Below, piece after piece: positions 16,971 through 26,003 of a stretch of DNA of 30,434 bases. The notes under the pieces are model-generated. The model worked only from the letters and a program-made list of their open reading frames with translations, had not been told where the DNA came from and made no database searches. The stretch comes from a virus (taxonomy: Duplodnaviria; Caudoviricetes): IMG/VR virus record IMGVR_UViG_3300043823_000151, positions 1-30,434 of that record. The stretch is one strand, 5' to 3'. The position numbers and the translations under genes were made by a program. The first letter of the stretch is position 1. Each line of letters opens with the position of its first letter.

Positions 16971-19610
16971 TTAAAATGCGCCGCCGGCTATGCCAGCAAC
17001 TGCCTGTATGGGTCCGCTCGCCGGGATGATCATCGCATCCGCGCCGCCGTTCACCGCGAATCTGATCGCGTTACTGGTCGTCGTACCGAACAGCAAATCC
17101 GCCGTCGTTGATGTCAGGTACACCATGTTCGGCGCGTTAAAGCTGTTCGTTCCTGCGACCCCGGTCCAGCCTGAGCTGTTCATACCGTAGTCGCCATAGT
17201 ACGTTGTCGCCGTCCCTAGGTTGTTGCTCACAACGTAGTCCGAGGACGCCGCCGCGCCGTTGTTCGTGTTCTGCAGCACGAGCTGGTTGTACGTGTTCAC
17301 GCTCGACGTGTACGACGCAAAAATGTTCACATCAGAGTAGCTCAGCGTGCCGTAGCTAAACGCCCCCGCGCTGAGCGATCCGGTGATCGTCTCCGTCGCG
17401 GTGTACTGCGGAGCTGTTAGCGTTGTGCCGTTAAACGTGAACCCGGAGCTTGACTGAAACGCGCCGGTGCCGTTACCGTACGGCACGTAGTTCGCGGTCA
17501 ATGATATCAATCCCGTGCCGCCGTTTGCGACCGGTGTCGTGCCAAGCAGGCTCAGTAGCTGCGCGTTTGTCGCAGCGCTTACGTTACCGCTCGTGTTGTT
17601 CGCGTACATGAACCCGGTCAGGCCACCAACCTGCAGGTTTGTCGTGCTCACGTTTGTGAATGACTCAGACGTTGAGCCTGGTATCTTTTGCCACACGCCG
17701 CCGTCAAAGATAGCCCAGTCGCCTACGTTCCAGTTCGAGACGCCGTTCAGCGTCGTCGTTCCCGCAACAGACACCACGTAGTAGTACCCCTGCGTGCCCA
17801 CGCTGGATGTCAGCGTTGGCGTGTTGGTTGACGCGTTCCACGATCCCTGGTACGACGGCGCGTTCGTTGATTGCGTTGACACACTTGTCACGCGGCCATC
17901 TGATCCTACCGTGATCACCGGTATCACTGACGAGGATCCGTACGTGCCCGCCGTCACACCGCTGCTCGCCACGTTCAGCGTTACCGCCGCCGATCCGTTG
18001 TACGATGATGACGTGCCGCTTAGGCTGGAGCCAAAGGTCAGCGCGTTGGGTGCCACGGCCGTTACGGTTGTTGAGCCTCCCAGGCTCACCGAGTTGCCGT
18101 TGATCGTTATCGAGCTGTTCGCCAGGTAGCTGTTCGCTATTGGCGTTGCGTTCCATGTGCCGGTCGTTACCGTGCCAAGCGTTGTGACGCTCGTAGATCC
18201 TGCTGTTGGTGCATAAGGCAGCGCCGGTATATCAGCCGCGACGATCGCCCTAAATGTTGGTGCACCTGCGGTTCCGTTTGGGGCCGCTAAAAAATAGTTC
18301 GCTGTCTTGCTGGCGTATGGATTCTGAGTGTCACCATACCCTGTGGCGAGCGCGATCGTGATCGGCGCCGAGCCGTTGTAGCTTGACCCGCTGAGGCCCG
18401 TGCCGATTGTTAGCGCGTTGGGCGCCACGGCCGTTACAGTCGTTGAGCCACCTAGGCTAACTGAGCTACCATTAATTGTTACAGAGCTATTTGCCAGCTG
18501 AGCGTTCGAGATCGTGCCGCTCAGCGCTGTTGTTGGTATGGTGCTCGATGCAGTAAAAGCGCTTGTGCCGTTACCGATCAAGTACCCCGTTAAGGAGTTG
18601 GCCCCAGATCCACCGCTGGCCACGTTCAGCGTGCCAGCCAGCGTCACCGCGCCAGTTGTGCCGGTCGACGGCGTTAGCCCTGTCGACCCGGCTGAGAATG
18701 ATGTCACGCCGCCAGTGCTCGCCGCCCAGGCCGGTACACCACCCACTAGCGTCAGCACGTAGCCGTTCGTGCTCGGGTTCAGCTCCGCCAGTGCGCTTGA
18801 GCTGCTCGCGTAGAGCAGCGCGCCGGTTGTGTACGTCGAGAGCCCCGTTCCTCCGCTCGCCGCGCTCAGCGTGCCACCAAGCGTCAGTGTTCCCGCTGAT
18901 GTGATCGGACCGCCAGTAAACGTCAGCCCGGTTGACCCGCCAGAGCCAGAGACGCTCGTCACCGTTCCAGTGCCCGCAGCCACCCATTGCGTTTGGTAAT
19001 CTACGTTGCTTATCTTGCTGAGCACCTGCCCAGTGAGCCCACCGGCAGGTACACCTTGCCCAGTTGGCCCTTGAATTCCTTGCGCTCCCTGCGGACCCGT
19101 TGCCCCCGCGGGCACCGTAAAATTAAACACCGCCGCGCTTGATGTGCCTGAGTTGGTCACCATGGCGCTGCTGCCCGCTGCGCCCGTGTTGGTCGTGCCG
19201 ATCGCTATCGTGGCCGCCGCACCGGCTGCGCCCGTGGCACCCGTAGCACCCGTAGCCCCTGTCGCTCCAGTTGGGCCCTGAGGCCCTGTCGCGCCTGTTG
19301 CACCAACAACGGTGCCAACGTCAACCGAGCCGCCAACTGAGTTGGTCAGTATCAGGTCGCCGTTACTGTTAATCTGTGCCTGCACGTACCCAGGTATCGG
19401 ACCAACTGATTGGTTCGTGCCGTCGCTGTAGTAGAACACCAGATCACTTCCCGAGAAGCCAACGCTCGTGATCAGCTTGCCCGGCGAGACCGCATTAGCG
19501 ACCTGCTGCACCAGCGCCTGCTTTGTGATCCCGTCCTGCACAACGGCCAACGCCTCTGTGCCGCTTAGCGTGTACGCGACCGGTAGCTGTGTTATCGACT
19601 GATTGGCCAT
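16971..19610 (-). CDS. Long fibre protein with collagen-like repeats
   Basis: 879 aa; Gly-X-Y runs; duplicated ANSS.TING.SVSLGGSTTVTAVAPNALT; ends GIAGGAF. Confidence 0.85.
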   Translation of the reverse strand: MANQSITQLPVAYTLSGTEALAVVQDGITKQALVQQVANAVSPGKLITSVGFSGSDLVFYYSDGTNQSVGPIPGYVQAQINSNGDLILTNSVGGSVDVGTVVGATGATGPQGPTGATGATGATGATGAAGAAATIAIGTTNTGAAGSSAMVTNSGTSSAAVFNFTVPAGATGPQGAQGIQGPTGQGVPAGGLTGQVLSKISNVDYQTQWVAAGTGTVTSVSGSGGSTGLTFTGGPITSAGTLTLGGTLSAASGGTGLSTYTTGALLYASSSSALAELNPSTNGYVLTLVGGVPAWAASTGGVTSFSAGSTGLTPSTGTTGAVTLAGTLNVASGGSGANSLTGYLIGNGTSAFTASSTIPTTALSGTISNAQLANSSVTINGSSVSLGGSTTVTAVAPNALTIGTGLSGSSYNGSAPITIALATGYGDTQNPYASKTANYFLAAPNGTAGAPTFRAIVAADIPALPYAPTAGSTSVTTLGTVTTGTWNATPIANSYLANSSITINGNSVSLGGSTTVTAVAPNALTFGSSLSGTSSSYNGSAAVTLNVASSGVTAGTYGSSSVIPVITVGSDGRVTSVSTQSTNAPSYQGSWNASTNTPTLTSSVGTQGYYYVVSVAGTTTLNGVSNWNVGDWAIFDGGVWQKIPGSTSESFTNVSTTNLQVGGLTGFMYANNTSGNVSAATNAQLLSLLGTTPVANGGTGLISLTANYVPYGNGTGAFQSSSGFTFNGTTLTAPQYTATETITGSLSAGAFSYGTLSYSDVNIFASYTSSVNTYNQLVLQNTNNGAAASSDYVVSNNLGTATTYYGDYGMNSSGWTGVAGTNSFNAPNMVYLTSTTADLLFGTTTSNAIRFAVNGGADAMIIPASGPIQAVAGIAGGAF

Positions 19611-19936
19611 TACTTGGGTTTCGTGTTCAGGTCGCCCGAGGCGCCTGAGTAAGTATCATTACCGTCAATAAAGAAATTGTTCCCGTCCTGCGTGAGCAGC
19701 TGGTTGTTCTGTATCGCAACCGACTGATCAGGTCTCGGAAATCTGAGCGCAATGTTCTCTGTTTGGATCGCTGGTAATCTCCAGGGATCGAAGTCGTCTA
19801 GGTCTTCTTTACAGACCCGCATCCCGGGGAAGTTGGGATCGGGCATCAGATCTACGTACGCGAACTTTCTGCTGCAGCGATCACAGATCGCCACAGACAG
19901 AACACTATTTCCTCGCGTGTCAATGTAGACCGGCAT
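19610..19936 (-). CDS. Small virion-module protein with a CDRC...C motif
   Basis: AICDRC...RVC...D..DP...PRPD; TAATG overlaps at both ends. Confidence 0.75.
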   Translation of the reverse strand: MPVYIDTRGNSVLSVAICDRCSRKFAYVDLMPDPNFPGMRVCKEDLDDFDPWRLPAIQTENIALRFPRPDQSVAIQNNQLLTQDGNNFFIDGNDTYSGASGDLNTKPK

Positions 19937-20781
19937 TACAGTGCGGTGGCAAGCGCCTGACCGTCGTTCTGAACTAAAATACCGTAAATGCTAATCGACA
20001 CCGCGCCGTTAACACCACCACCACTGGATTGTGCTTGCCACTTAATGTCCGCACCCCCCGGGAAGCCAAACGGAACCGTTCCGTCATACGACGCAGGGGC
20101 GTTCACAATAACCTGTTGCACCGCCGTAGTGTCCCCTTGGTGCACGATTGTGTAGCCATTTAGCACTTTGGTTGTCGCTAAATTATAGGTCGTTTGTTGG
20201 CGAACCGTTGCAAAATTTGATGAAGAAAAACTAGAGTTAAGCGATTCAAGGTAACGATAAAACGTGTAGCCATTTGGAACAGTGTACACTGCCATTTGCG
20301 TAAAGCCAATGCCTGGGTTGACGTACGCGTAAACCGTGCTGCCGCCTTGCGTTGCTTTGATTGTGCCTACGTTGGTTCCATTCGTCACGTACAGGCCGTT
20401 AACCCTGTAGTACGAGTTAACCGATGTAACCGCGGTCGTGCCGTTTAGCGCAATAATTTCAGTGAGAACATTGAAATTTGAATCCAAGCCTAAAATTTGA
20501 ACGTTCAAAGACGTTCCGTCGGAGGCGCTTGTGCTAACCAATTGCAGTTGAGCCGCGCTAGTTGGAAACACATAATCTGTACCACCAGTTGTGGAGCCTT
20601 CCCAAATCGCTTGCTCCACGTTACCTATGGCTGTGCTGTAGCCAAAAATATTTACGCCTTGGTGCCCCATGATTTGGTGGCGAGCGATTTGAAGATAAAG
20701 ATCTTCAAAGCGACCCATTTTGGTGATGGACTCGATTGGGTATGGCGTTGCTTGTAGATTAGATATTAAATTTGATGACAT
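19936..20781 (-). CDS. Putative virion structural protein
   Basis: 281 aa, beta-rich; V.ILGLD.NF....E.I.LNG and MAVYTVP.GYT motifs. Confidence 0.6.
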   Translation of the reverse strand: MSSNLISNLQATPYPIESITKMGRFEDLYLQIARHQIMGHQGVNIFGYSTAIGNVEQAIWEGSTTGGTDYVFPTSAAQLQLVSTSASDGTSLNVQILGLDSNFNVLTEIIALNGTTAVTSVNSYYRVNGLYVTNGTNVGTIKATQGGSTVYAYVNPGIGFTQMAVYTVPNGYTFYRYLESLNSSFSSSNFATVRQQTTYNLATTKVLNGYTIVHQGDTTAVQQVIVNAPASYDGTVPFGFPGGADIKWQAQSSGGGVNGAVSISIYGILVQNDGQALATAL

Positions 20782-20796
20782 AATTAATCCCTTAAA

Positions 20797-20825
20797 GTTA
20801 AAAGCGGGGGCATTTCACCCCCTCA
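20797..20825 (-). terminator. Possible weak intrinsic terminator
   Basis: GGGGG-tgaaatg-CCCCC followed by GCTTTTAACTTT, just after the stop at 20835. Confidence 0.4.
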
Positions 20826-20834
20826 GGTACTTAA

Positions 20835-21371
20835 TTATGTATTGGTGTAGCCTTGACCAACGTTGGTGATAGAGCCATCGAAGTTACGTGCAACATAGTC
20901 AACCTTAATCACGCCGCCTAATGTGCCTGTGATCGCGCTGATCGTTGCTTGTGAGTAAGTGATGGTTGCATCTACGGTTCCGACCAAAGCCAAAGCCGCT
21001 GCGGCTGTTGTGCTGTTTGTTGGCACAAACTGAATCTGACCGCCAGAAGTTGTTGGTGTAATTGTTCCAACGGCTGTGGCGTTTACGTACACAGTGATAA
21101 CGCCGCCAGTCAGAGCTGAAGGTGCAGATGTTTGGTACAACGTGAAGTTGTCGATGATCGCGCCGGCGGGGATTGTCACAGGCGTTGCTGTGGTTTGGCC
21201 GATGTTGAACATAGGTAAAATCACTGCGCCAGATGTCGTGGCCGTAATATTTGTAAAAGATTGAACTTGACTGATCTGAGCCACGCCAGTGTTGTCAGGA
21301 GCAATAACGCCATTATTTGTTGGGTTATTGTACTTATAGACGCGAAGTGGTTGGTTAAAGGTTACTGACAT
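20835..21371 (-). CDS. Putative virion (head decoration-type) protein
   Basis: 178 aa, T/A/G-rich beta protein with an IPAGA.I motif; AGGA SD; first gene after promoter copy 3. Confidence 0.55.
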   Translation of the reverse strand: MSVTFNQPLRVYKYNNPTNNGVIAPDNTGVAQISQVQSFTNITATTSGAVILPMFNIGQTTATPVTIPAGAIIDNFTLYQTSAPSALTGGVITVYVNATAVGTITPTTSGGQIQFVPTNSTTAAAALALVGTVDATITYSQATISAITGTLGGVIKVDYVARNFDGSITNVGQGYTNT

Positions 21372-21459
21372 TTTATTTTCCTATATAGAGGGTGTCCCAC
21401 TCAGTCGCTATATCGTAGCCCCGGGAAGCAATCGGGGCCCTGTTGGGGATTATTCTTCC

Positions 21460-21496
21460 TATTAATATTAATGCAAAATAATTACATTCTGCGCCC
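21460..21496 (-). promoter_or_regulatory. Putative phage late promoter, copy 3
   Basis: GGGC-N17-TGCATTA-ATATTAAT-A, immediately downstream of a terminator. Confidence 0.75.
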
Positions 21497-21497
21497 T

Positions 21498-21527
21498 AAA
21501 AACAAAAAAGCCCGCAAGCTGCGGGCT
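21498..21527 (-). terminator. Rho-independent terminator
   Basis: AGCCCGCA-gct-TGCGGGCT followed by TTTTTGTTTTT. Confidence 0.85.
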
Positions 21528-21543
21528 CTTTATTTAATGCGGA

Positions 21544-21795
21544 TTACTCTTCGTCTTCATAGAGCTCCCACTCCTCGGACTCTTCGTCAAAGTAGTGCCA
21601 AGAATCATCCACCTCATCGTACCACCACGCGGTGCCCTCGTCGTCGAACTCCACGCCATCGTCCTCGTCATCCTCAAATTCAAACTCAAACATAGGAGTC
21701 AGCGTGTCCAAGAAGTTCTGCAGAAAGGTCAGATCCAACTCAAAAGGCGCTGAAATGGTTAAAGTTATGCCGTTTACTTCGATTACAAATTCCAT
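21544..21795 (-). CDS. Very acidic small protein
   Basis: 83 aa, 31 D/E and no K/R; TAAGGA SD. Confidence 0.75.
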   Translation of the reverse strand: MEFVIEVNGITLTISAPFELDLTFLQNFLDTLTPMFEFEFEDDEDDGVEFDDEGTAWWYDEVDDSWHYFDEESEEWELYEDEE

Positions 21796-21807
21796 GTTGT
21801 TTCCTTA

Positions 21808-22269
21808 TTAGTTTATGTTATACTTATTGCTCTTCTTTACGTTATCGGAGCCCTCGATGACTCTTAAATTAGCGTACACGTGCAAACCGGAAACGAGTTT
21901 GCCCTGTAATGGAATTATATGGTCAACGTGGTACTCTACACCTCTCGCAAGTGTGTACATTGCGGCCACAGAGTAAAGAGCATTTATTCTTATTTTTTCG
22001 TCTTCTGTGACCCAATTCGGGGTTCTTTGAAGTTGCGCTGCTCGCCTTTTTGCTTCATATGACGCGCGCTTATCTTTATTTTTAGCCCACCAGTTTTTAT
22101 TTATGGTGTTATGTTGCTCTCTATTTTCTTCGCGCCATTTTGCTTTTTTGATGGCATCTTTTTCTGGGTTAGCTAAGGCCCAAGCACGAGCTCGTTCTTT
22201 GGTGAGCTCTTTATTGCGCTCATACCATTCTTTTTGCAATCTTTTTGCGTTTTCTTGATCTCGTGCCAT
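21808..22269 (-). CDS. HNH endonuclease
   Basis: YHVDHIIPLQGKLVSGLHVYANLRVI...N.KKSN; basic helical N terminus. ATG at 22269 preferred over the track start at 22287, which lies inside the terminator. Confidence 0.9.
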   Translation of the reverse strand: MARDQENAKRLQKEWYERNKELTKERARAWALANPEKDAIKKAKWREENREQHNTINKNWWAKNKDKRASYEAKRRAAQLQRTPNWVTEDEKIRINALYSVAAMYTLARGVEYHVDHIIPLQGKLVSGLHVYANLRVIEGSDNVKKSNKYNIN

Positions 22270-22275
22270 TTCGAC

Positions 22276-22286
22276 AGTATAACACA
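22276..22286 (-). promoter_or_regulatory. sigma70-type extended -10 promoter
   Basis: TGTG-T-TATACT, 6 nt before the HNH ATG. Confidence 0.6.
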
Positions 22287-22316
22287 AAAAGGCTACCTTG
22301 TGAGTAGCCTTTTTGT
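22284..22316. terminator. Bidirectional Rho-independent terminator after the capsid gene
   Basis: ACAAAAAGGCTAC-cttgtga-GTAGCCTTTTTGT, a perfect 13-bp inverted repeat. Confidence 0.9.
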
Positions 22317-22330
22317 TTAGTTAATTACGA

Positions 22331-23248
22331 TTATAATCCGGCAGTACCGAAAATATTTCTCGCATCGTGCCATCCTGTGGCGTAACGCTCTGTCGCTTTG
22401 TAGCGCATAGAGTCAGTCTCAAAATCGCCTTCCATCGATTTCTCCATGGGGCGGCGCATTACGAGCATGAGTCCGTTTTCTGCGTCAGTTTGAATAAACC
22501 AAGCCTTGCTGGAGCTCAAACGGGTCACTACGTGAGCGCCCTTAGGAAGCATACCAGTTGACTTGATTGGGTTCAAATCGTTGTCAGCTGTACCTGAGCG
22601 GAGAACAGACTTGAGGATAACCTCTGCCTGGAACTCGAGCGCTGGAGGAACAACCAATTGCTCTGCCTTAAGACGAATACGCTTACCATTGTTGTCAATA
22701 GCTGAGCGGATTTGAATCAAGAGCTGCTCAACGGATGTTTGGCTCATAGAAGCAGCTGTAGACAACTGATTGCTGTATGATCCACCGTTGGCCACTGGGT
22801 GAGCTGTGTTGATCAGCGTTACGCCGTCACCACCAACGTAGCCAGATGTGAACGCGAAGTTCAGAATATTGGCACACAAAGTTTCTTTTGTCTCAATCAT
22901 GGACTGAGCTAAGTGCTTTGCGAATGTTGAGCCGATACGGATGTGGTCACCGTCTTCCATCAACACTTTGGTCATGGCGTATGCCAAACCATAGATTTGA
23001 TAGATGAAACGTGTGATGTACAATGTACCACCTTGATCGTAGCTCACTGGAGTGCCGTCAGGCATTGCAGGGGCTGCGTTCATACCATAGAGCATTACCT
23101 CTTCATGGTAGTTACGTGGGATACCTTGGATCTGTTCTACAAATCCTTTCCACTCGTCATCGCGTTGCTCATAAACACCATCAAAGACTTCGTTGATAAT
23201 CGGTTCGACTACCGCACGAAAGTCCGTACTGCGCATTGGGGTTGCCAT
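22331..23248 (-). CDS. Major capsid protein (Mu gpT-like family)
   Basis: 305 aa; G.DGV.L....HP, LVVPPAL...A..IL.S, AWFIQTD and YKATERY..GW.D.R motifs; AAGGA SD; followed by a strong terminator. Confidence 0.9.
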   Translation of the reverse strand: MATPMRSTDFRAVVEPIINEVFDGVYEQRDDEWKGFVEQIQGIPRNYHEEVMLYGMNAAPAMPDGTPVSYDQGGTLYITRFIYQIYGLAYAMTKVLMEDGDHIRIGSTFAKHLAQSMIETKETLCANILNFAFTSGYVGGDGVTLINTAHPVANGGSYSNQLSTAASMSQTSVEQLLIQIRSAIDNNGKRIRLKAEQLVVPPALEFQAEVILKSVLRSGTADNDLNPIKSTGMLPKGAHVVTRLSSSKAWFIQTDAENGLMLVMRRPMEKSMEGDFETDSMRYKATERYATGWHDARNIFGTAGL

Positions 23249-23270
23249 GGCTTATCCTTTCGTTAAATTA

Positions 23271-23933
23271 TTAAACCGATACAGACGGAGCTGCGAAGGT
23301 ATTGTTGCTGATCTGTACTTGAACGATTGTGAAAGCGTCGCCCCATTGGTTTGTGTTACCAGCGGGATAAGCAGCCTCACGACCCAGTCCAACTACGCGA
23401 ACTTGACCTTGGTTTCCAGATCCAACGGCTGTTGCAAGCAAAGCAGTTGTAGAGAAACCAGCACCACCCACACCGATAGCGTAGCCATCAGTTACAGTAG
23501 AGCCTGCAGTTGTGTCAAAGTTATACTCAGTGCCGATTGCAGCAGATGTAATGGAACCATTACACTGGATTTCGTACACAAGAGCTGGGTCAGAGAAGAT
23601 CCAGAACACGATGTTTGTAGCTGAAGCTAAAGTAGTCAATGAAGCATACTTAGCTACAGATCTACGACCATCAGAGTTGGTGTACTCGACGCCGTTGAAT
23701 ACGCCGTATACCTTACCGCTAGATGCAGTTTGGTTGGCGATTGTTAATTGACCTGAGCTGGTGAGAGCGACAGGCTGGAACTCATAAAATGATTGTCCGC
23801 TGGTCAATGAGTATGGAGCGCTATAAGTCGTGCCAGGGACGAACGTGTTAGTACCAATGAATGGCACCGCACGGTCTAATCCGCTTGGGTGATATACAGG
23901 CTTCAGACCAAAGGGTTGAAATGTTGCTGACAT
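23271..23933 (-). CDS. Putative capsid-associated (cement/minor capsid) protein
   Basis: PFGLKPV, GVF.GVEYT..DG and DP.LVYEIQ motifs; immediately before the capsid gene. Confidence 0.65.
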   Translation of the reverse strand: MSATFQPFGLKPVYHPSGLDRAVPFIGTNTFVPGTTYSAPYSLTSGQSFYEFQPVALTSSGQLTIANQTASSGKVYGVFNGVEYTNSDGRRSVAKYASLTTLASATNIVFWIFSDPALVYEIQCNGSITSAAIGTEYNFDTTAGSTVTDGYAIGVGGAGFSTTALLATAVGSGNQGQVRVVGLGREAAYPAGNTNQWGDAFTIVQVQISNNTFAAPSVSV

Positions 23934-23963
23934 AAAGTCAATTTCCTTTGTTGTTGAAGTTTA

Positions 23964-24521
23964 TTATGAAAAGTGAACATTTTTATTGTTCGCTCTTTGT
24001 GTTTCTTTCTCCATTTCCAAAAGACCGCCCTCCAATAAGGAACGTCCGCCACGCTTACTGTCCGCCGTCTCACGCACTTGCGCGGTGATATTGCGTTGGT
24101 GCTCGAGGGGATCCTCGAGGTGTAGCATGCGCATAACTTCTTGATAAACGTCTTCTGGTAACTTGAAAAGAATCATCTCGTTACAAGACACACAGCCTTC
24201 AAACTTGCCCGAACTCATCTTACCAAGCGATGCAAAGCCATTTCCTAATTCCGCGGCTTTCACTGGTTCATAGCCCAACGCTATACGTTTGTCGATACTG
24301 TCATATGAGTTGGTTGTTGACAACCAACACAGGTGATACCCAGGTATTGTTCCACCTGGAATATCAGGGAGTGCACTATTCGCCCATTTGTCTCTGAACG
24401 CATCCAGGCGCTCACGACGTGCTGCACTATCGGGGTCCGTAATCAGTTTACGGTCCGCTACCTCTTGGACTCGATCGGCAAGGCGATCATCTAAGTCCCG
24501 TTTAATTCTTGTGTTTGCCAT
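23964..24521 (-). CDS. Head-module hypothetical protein
   Basis: 185 aa; PGYHLCWLS...R..LGYEPV; between the scaffold and capsid genes. Confidence 0.75.
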   Translation of the reverse strand: MANTRIKRDLDDRLADRVQEVADRKLITDPDSAARRERLDAFRDKWANSALPDIPGGTIPGYHLCWLSTTNSYDSIDKRIALGYEPVKAAELGNGFASLGKMSSGKFEGCVSCNEMILFKLPEDVYQEVMRMLHLEDPLEHQRNITAQVRETADSKRGGRSLLEGGLLEMEKETQRANNKNVHFS

Positions 24522-24526
24522 TTGGA

Positions 24527-25543
24527 TTACCCTTTATTGTTGCGGTCATACGCTGCGTACGCCCGGATCATTTTGTTTCGTCGCTCGACATTGTCCCACG
24601 CACCAGCGTCCTTAATCGCCTGAACTCTTTCACGGCTGAGCGTGATCGTGTTTGGCTTTGCGCTGCTCTCGTTGGAGACTCTACTGGATGCGGTTGGTCC
24701 CGCTCTCCTGGTGGAGCCTTGCGCACTGGTCTTTGCGTACCTGTGCGGCAAACGTGCCGATAAACGATTGTCAAGCTCGGACCAGTACTCGGAATCCGCT
24801 GGATCCCATCCGTCTGCCGCAAGCTCTTGATCTATTACCTTGGCAATCCTACTATCTGTGTCTCTAGCATCGGGGTCAAACCATGAGTTTTTCTTCAACC
24901 ATGACGCCGCGTTTCTTTGAACGTCCTCTGCCATTGGCGTTGGCACGTTCTGCGCTGGCTTTTTGACTGCCTCGAGTTGCTGTTTCTTAAAGTGCTGCAT
25001 CTGGTTGAGTCGCTGTTTTGCATCAGTCAACTGCTCCAAATACTCTACCTGAGCCGCCGCGTCACCTGCCTGCGCTGCCTGCAACATCTTCATCTTTGCA
25101 TATTCGACTCTAGTGGCTTCATCCTCCACTGCCTTGTCGATCTGCGCGATTCTTAACGATGCTGCTCCGTTTTCTAAACGTGCCAGTCGGTTAGCTAGTT
25201 CTTCGTTGCGTTTCTCAAGTGAACTTATCTTGTGTCTGGCTGACGCCTCGCGCTGCTTAGAAAGCTCTTTCTTCAGCCTGCGCTCTTCGCGTCGAGCCTC
25301 GCGAATCTTTTCGCGTTCCTCTTCCGATTCATCCTGATCGTGTGAGTCTGATCCACCATCGTCGTGATCATCACCCTCACCATCGTCGTGATCGTGCGAC
25401 TCATCGCCGTCACCATCACCCTTAGATTCTTTTTTGAGCTCGTCCTCGTTCTCAAACTCGTCCTGCTCATGTGGCTCGACCTTAATTAGTGCGGAGCCAT
25501 CTGCCTGTTCCTTAACAGGGATGTTTTTCTTTTCATTTGCCAT
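24527..25543 (-). CDS. Putative scaffolding protein
   Basis: Acidic N terminus, long coiled coil, W..KN.WF motif, basic C-terminal helix; head-operon position. Confidence 0.65.
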   Translation of the reverse strand: MANEKKNIPVKEQADGSALIKVEPHEQDEFENEDELKKESKGDGDGDESHDHDDGEGDDHDDGGSDSHDQDESEEEREKIREARREERRLKKELSKQREASARHKISSLEKRNEELANRLARLENGAASLRIAQIDKAVEDEATRVEYAKMKMLQAAQAGDAAAQVEYLEQLTDAKQRLNQMQHFKKQQLEAVKKPAQNVPTPMAEDVQRNAASWLKKNSWFDPDARDTDSRIAKVIDQELAADGWDPADSEYWSELDNRLSARLPHRYAKTSAQGSTRRAGPTASSRVSNESSAKPNTITLSRERVQAIKDAGAWDNVERRNKMIRAYAAYDRNNKG

Positions 25544-25559
25544 ACTTTTCTCTCAAAAG

Positions 25560-26003
25560 TTAATCTACAAACGCTTTCATCTTCTGAGCGTAGTCAAAAG
25601 ACTTAATCGTAGAGATAATTTCACGGGCCTGCAATGTGATGAACACCACGGGTGCTCCTTCATCGTCAGGGCTCACAACAAATCGGTCACCGCCGTATTT
25701 TATTGTTCTTACCAAGTCCCCAATGTTGCACCATGGGCCTTCGGGCCAGGGCTCAAGCGTATCTGGGTTCTTGTACGCCAAAGGTCCTATTTGGATTACC
25801 TTGGCTACCGTTTCATTAAATCTTAACGTTTGCTTGGTCTCATCAACTAATATGATGCCACCTTTGCTGGTTGTTTTTTCGCGTCTGAGCTGAACTAAGA
25901 CTCGATCACCAGCCACTTGGATACCCACATCGATATCAGGAAAGCACTCCTTCTCTGATCTTAAATCGGGTTCGTCCTTCTTATTGAAGTCATACGCTGC
26001 CAT
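25560..26003 (-). CDS. groES: Co-chaperonin GroES (Cpn10) homologue
   Basis: GDRVLVQ...EKTTSKGGIILVD...AKVIQIGP...IGDLV...KYGG...EII; AAGGAG SD. Confidence 0.9.
   Translation of the reverse strand: MAAYDFNKKDEPDLRSEKECFPDIDVGIQVAGDRVLVQLRREKTTSKGGIILVDETKQTLRFNETVAKVIQIGPLAYKNPDTLEPWPEGPWCNIGDLVRTIKYGGDRFVVSPDDEGAPVVFITLQAREIISTIKSFDYAQKMKAFVD

Noticed and set aside
21372-21460. tRNA or hammerhead ribozyme in the structured leader
   Set aside because: No cloverleaf or TTC loop; CUGAGUG does not match the CUGANGA core.
22270-22287. Longer HNH start given by the ORF track (22287)
   Set aside because: It is a non-ATG codon within the terminator and promoter sequence; the ATG at 22269 fits better.
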